A DNA stretch of 48,637 nucleotides from Desulfobacteria bacterium (GTDB lineage: Archaea > Halobacteriota > Syntropharchaeia > Alkanophagales > Methanospirareceae). Shown piece by piece: positions 48,383 through 48,637 of this stretch. The stretch spans positions 1-48,637 of the forward strand of contig DATKXZ010000023.1 in NCBI GenBank assembly GCA_035528755.1, in the 5' to 3' direction. Position 1 is the first letter of the stretch. Each line of letters opens with the position of its first letter. A program made the translations under genes and the position numbers. Below the pieces are notes generated by a model. It worked only from the letters and a program-made list of their open reading frames with translations, was not told the origin of the DNA and did not search any database.

Positions 48383-48637
48383 GTGAACAATGCTGCGATG
48401 CAGCAAATCTGGGATGATATGAGAAGGACCGTCATGCTCGGATTGGATGACGCGCACGCGATTCTGGAGACGAGATTGAGTAAGGAAGTCACACCAGATA
48501 CCATAAACAATTACATGGAAGTGGTGAACCACGCGTTACCTGGTGGTGCAACCATCCAGGAGCACATGGTGGAGACCAAGCCCGCATTAGTCTCGGATTC
48601 GTACGCGAAGTTATTCACGGGCGATGACGATCTTGCG
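48383..48637 (+). pseudogene. mcrA: Methyl-coenzyme M reductase alpha subunit (mcrA) sequence lacking its first ~90 codons. It runs off the window end.
   Basis: Translation reads [85 protein letters not shown]. This matches the conserved McrA stretch [16 protein letters not shown]...GKEVTPETI...[22 protein letters not shown]...KVFTGDD. Upstream in-frame codons ([10 protein letters not shown]) show no McrA similarity. Confidence 0.8.

Overview
This is an archaeal chromosomal segment from a methanogen or methanotroph-type euryarchaeon. The evidence is S6e, L10e, aIF5B, the ThiD-ThiN fusion, an intron-containing tRNA, archaeosortase with a PGF-CTERM substrate, and an mcrA fragment.

Layout:
- 1-8.96 kb: a minus-strand cell-surface locus. 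It holds a PKD-repeat protein, two Lys-tailed membrane proteins (one archaeosortase-like), a PGF-CTERM glycoprotein, and a roughly 1357-aa internally duplicated secreted protein.
- 9-16.5 kb and 21-44 kb: a housekeeping backbone. Genes include thiDN, an HD hydrolase, infB, dnaJ, a radical SAM activase, an M42 peptidase, moeA, moaB, aroA, argG, rpl10e, signal peptidase, an HDAC-family protein, purF, and tRNA-Tyr and tRNA-Trp.

Accessory or decayed segments that interrupt the backbone:
1. An AT-rich island surrounds rps6e (16.5-20.95 kb). In it, a 125-bp duplication of the rps6e 3' end brackets a vapBC cassette.
2. An AT-rich, translationally coupled three-gene cassette lies at 30.67-33.8 kb: a membrane protein, a small alpha/beta protein, and a 681-aa TPR protein built from exact 120-nt repeats. 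This is the best candidate for an uncharacterised system.
3. Two multiply disrupted pseudogenes are present, one of COG2768/DUF362 type and one panE.
4. At the right edge, a tyrosine integrase with a double zinc ribbon starts 35 bp from an mcrA sequence. McrA homology begins abruptly at the VNNAAMQQ motif, so about 90 N-terminal codons and the expected upstream mcrG are missing.

No CRISPR array, rRNA gene or transposase was seen. All functional calls rest on motif recognition by eye, not on database searches.
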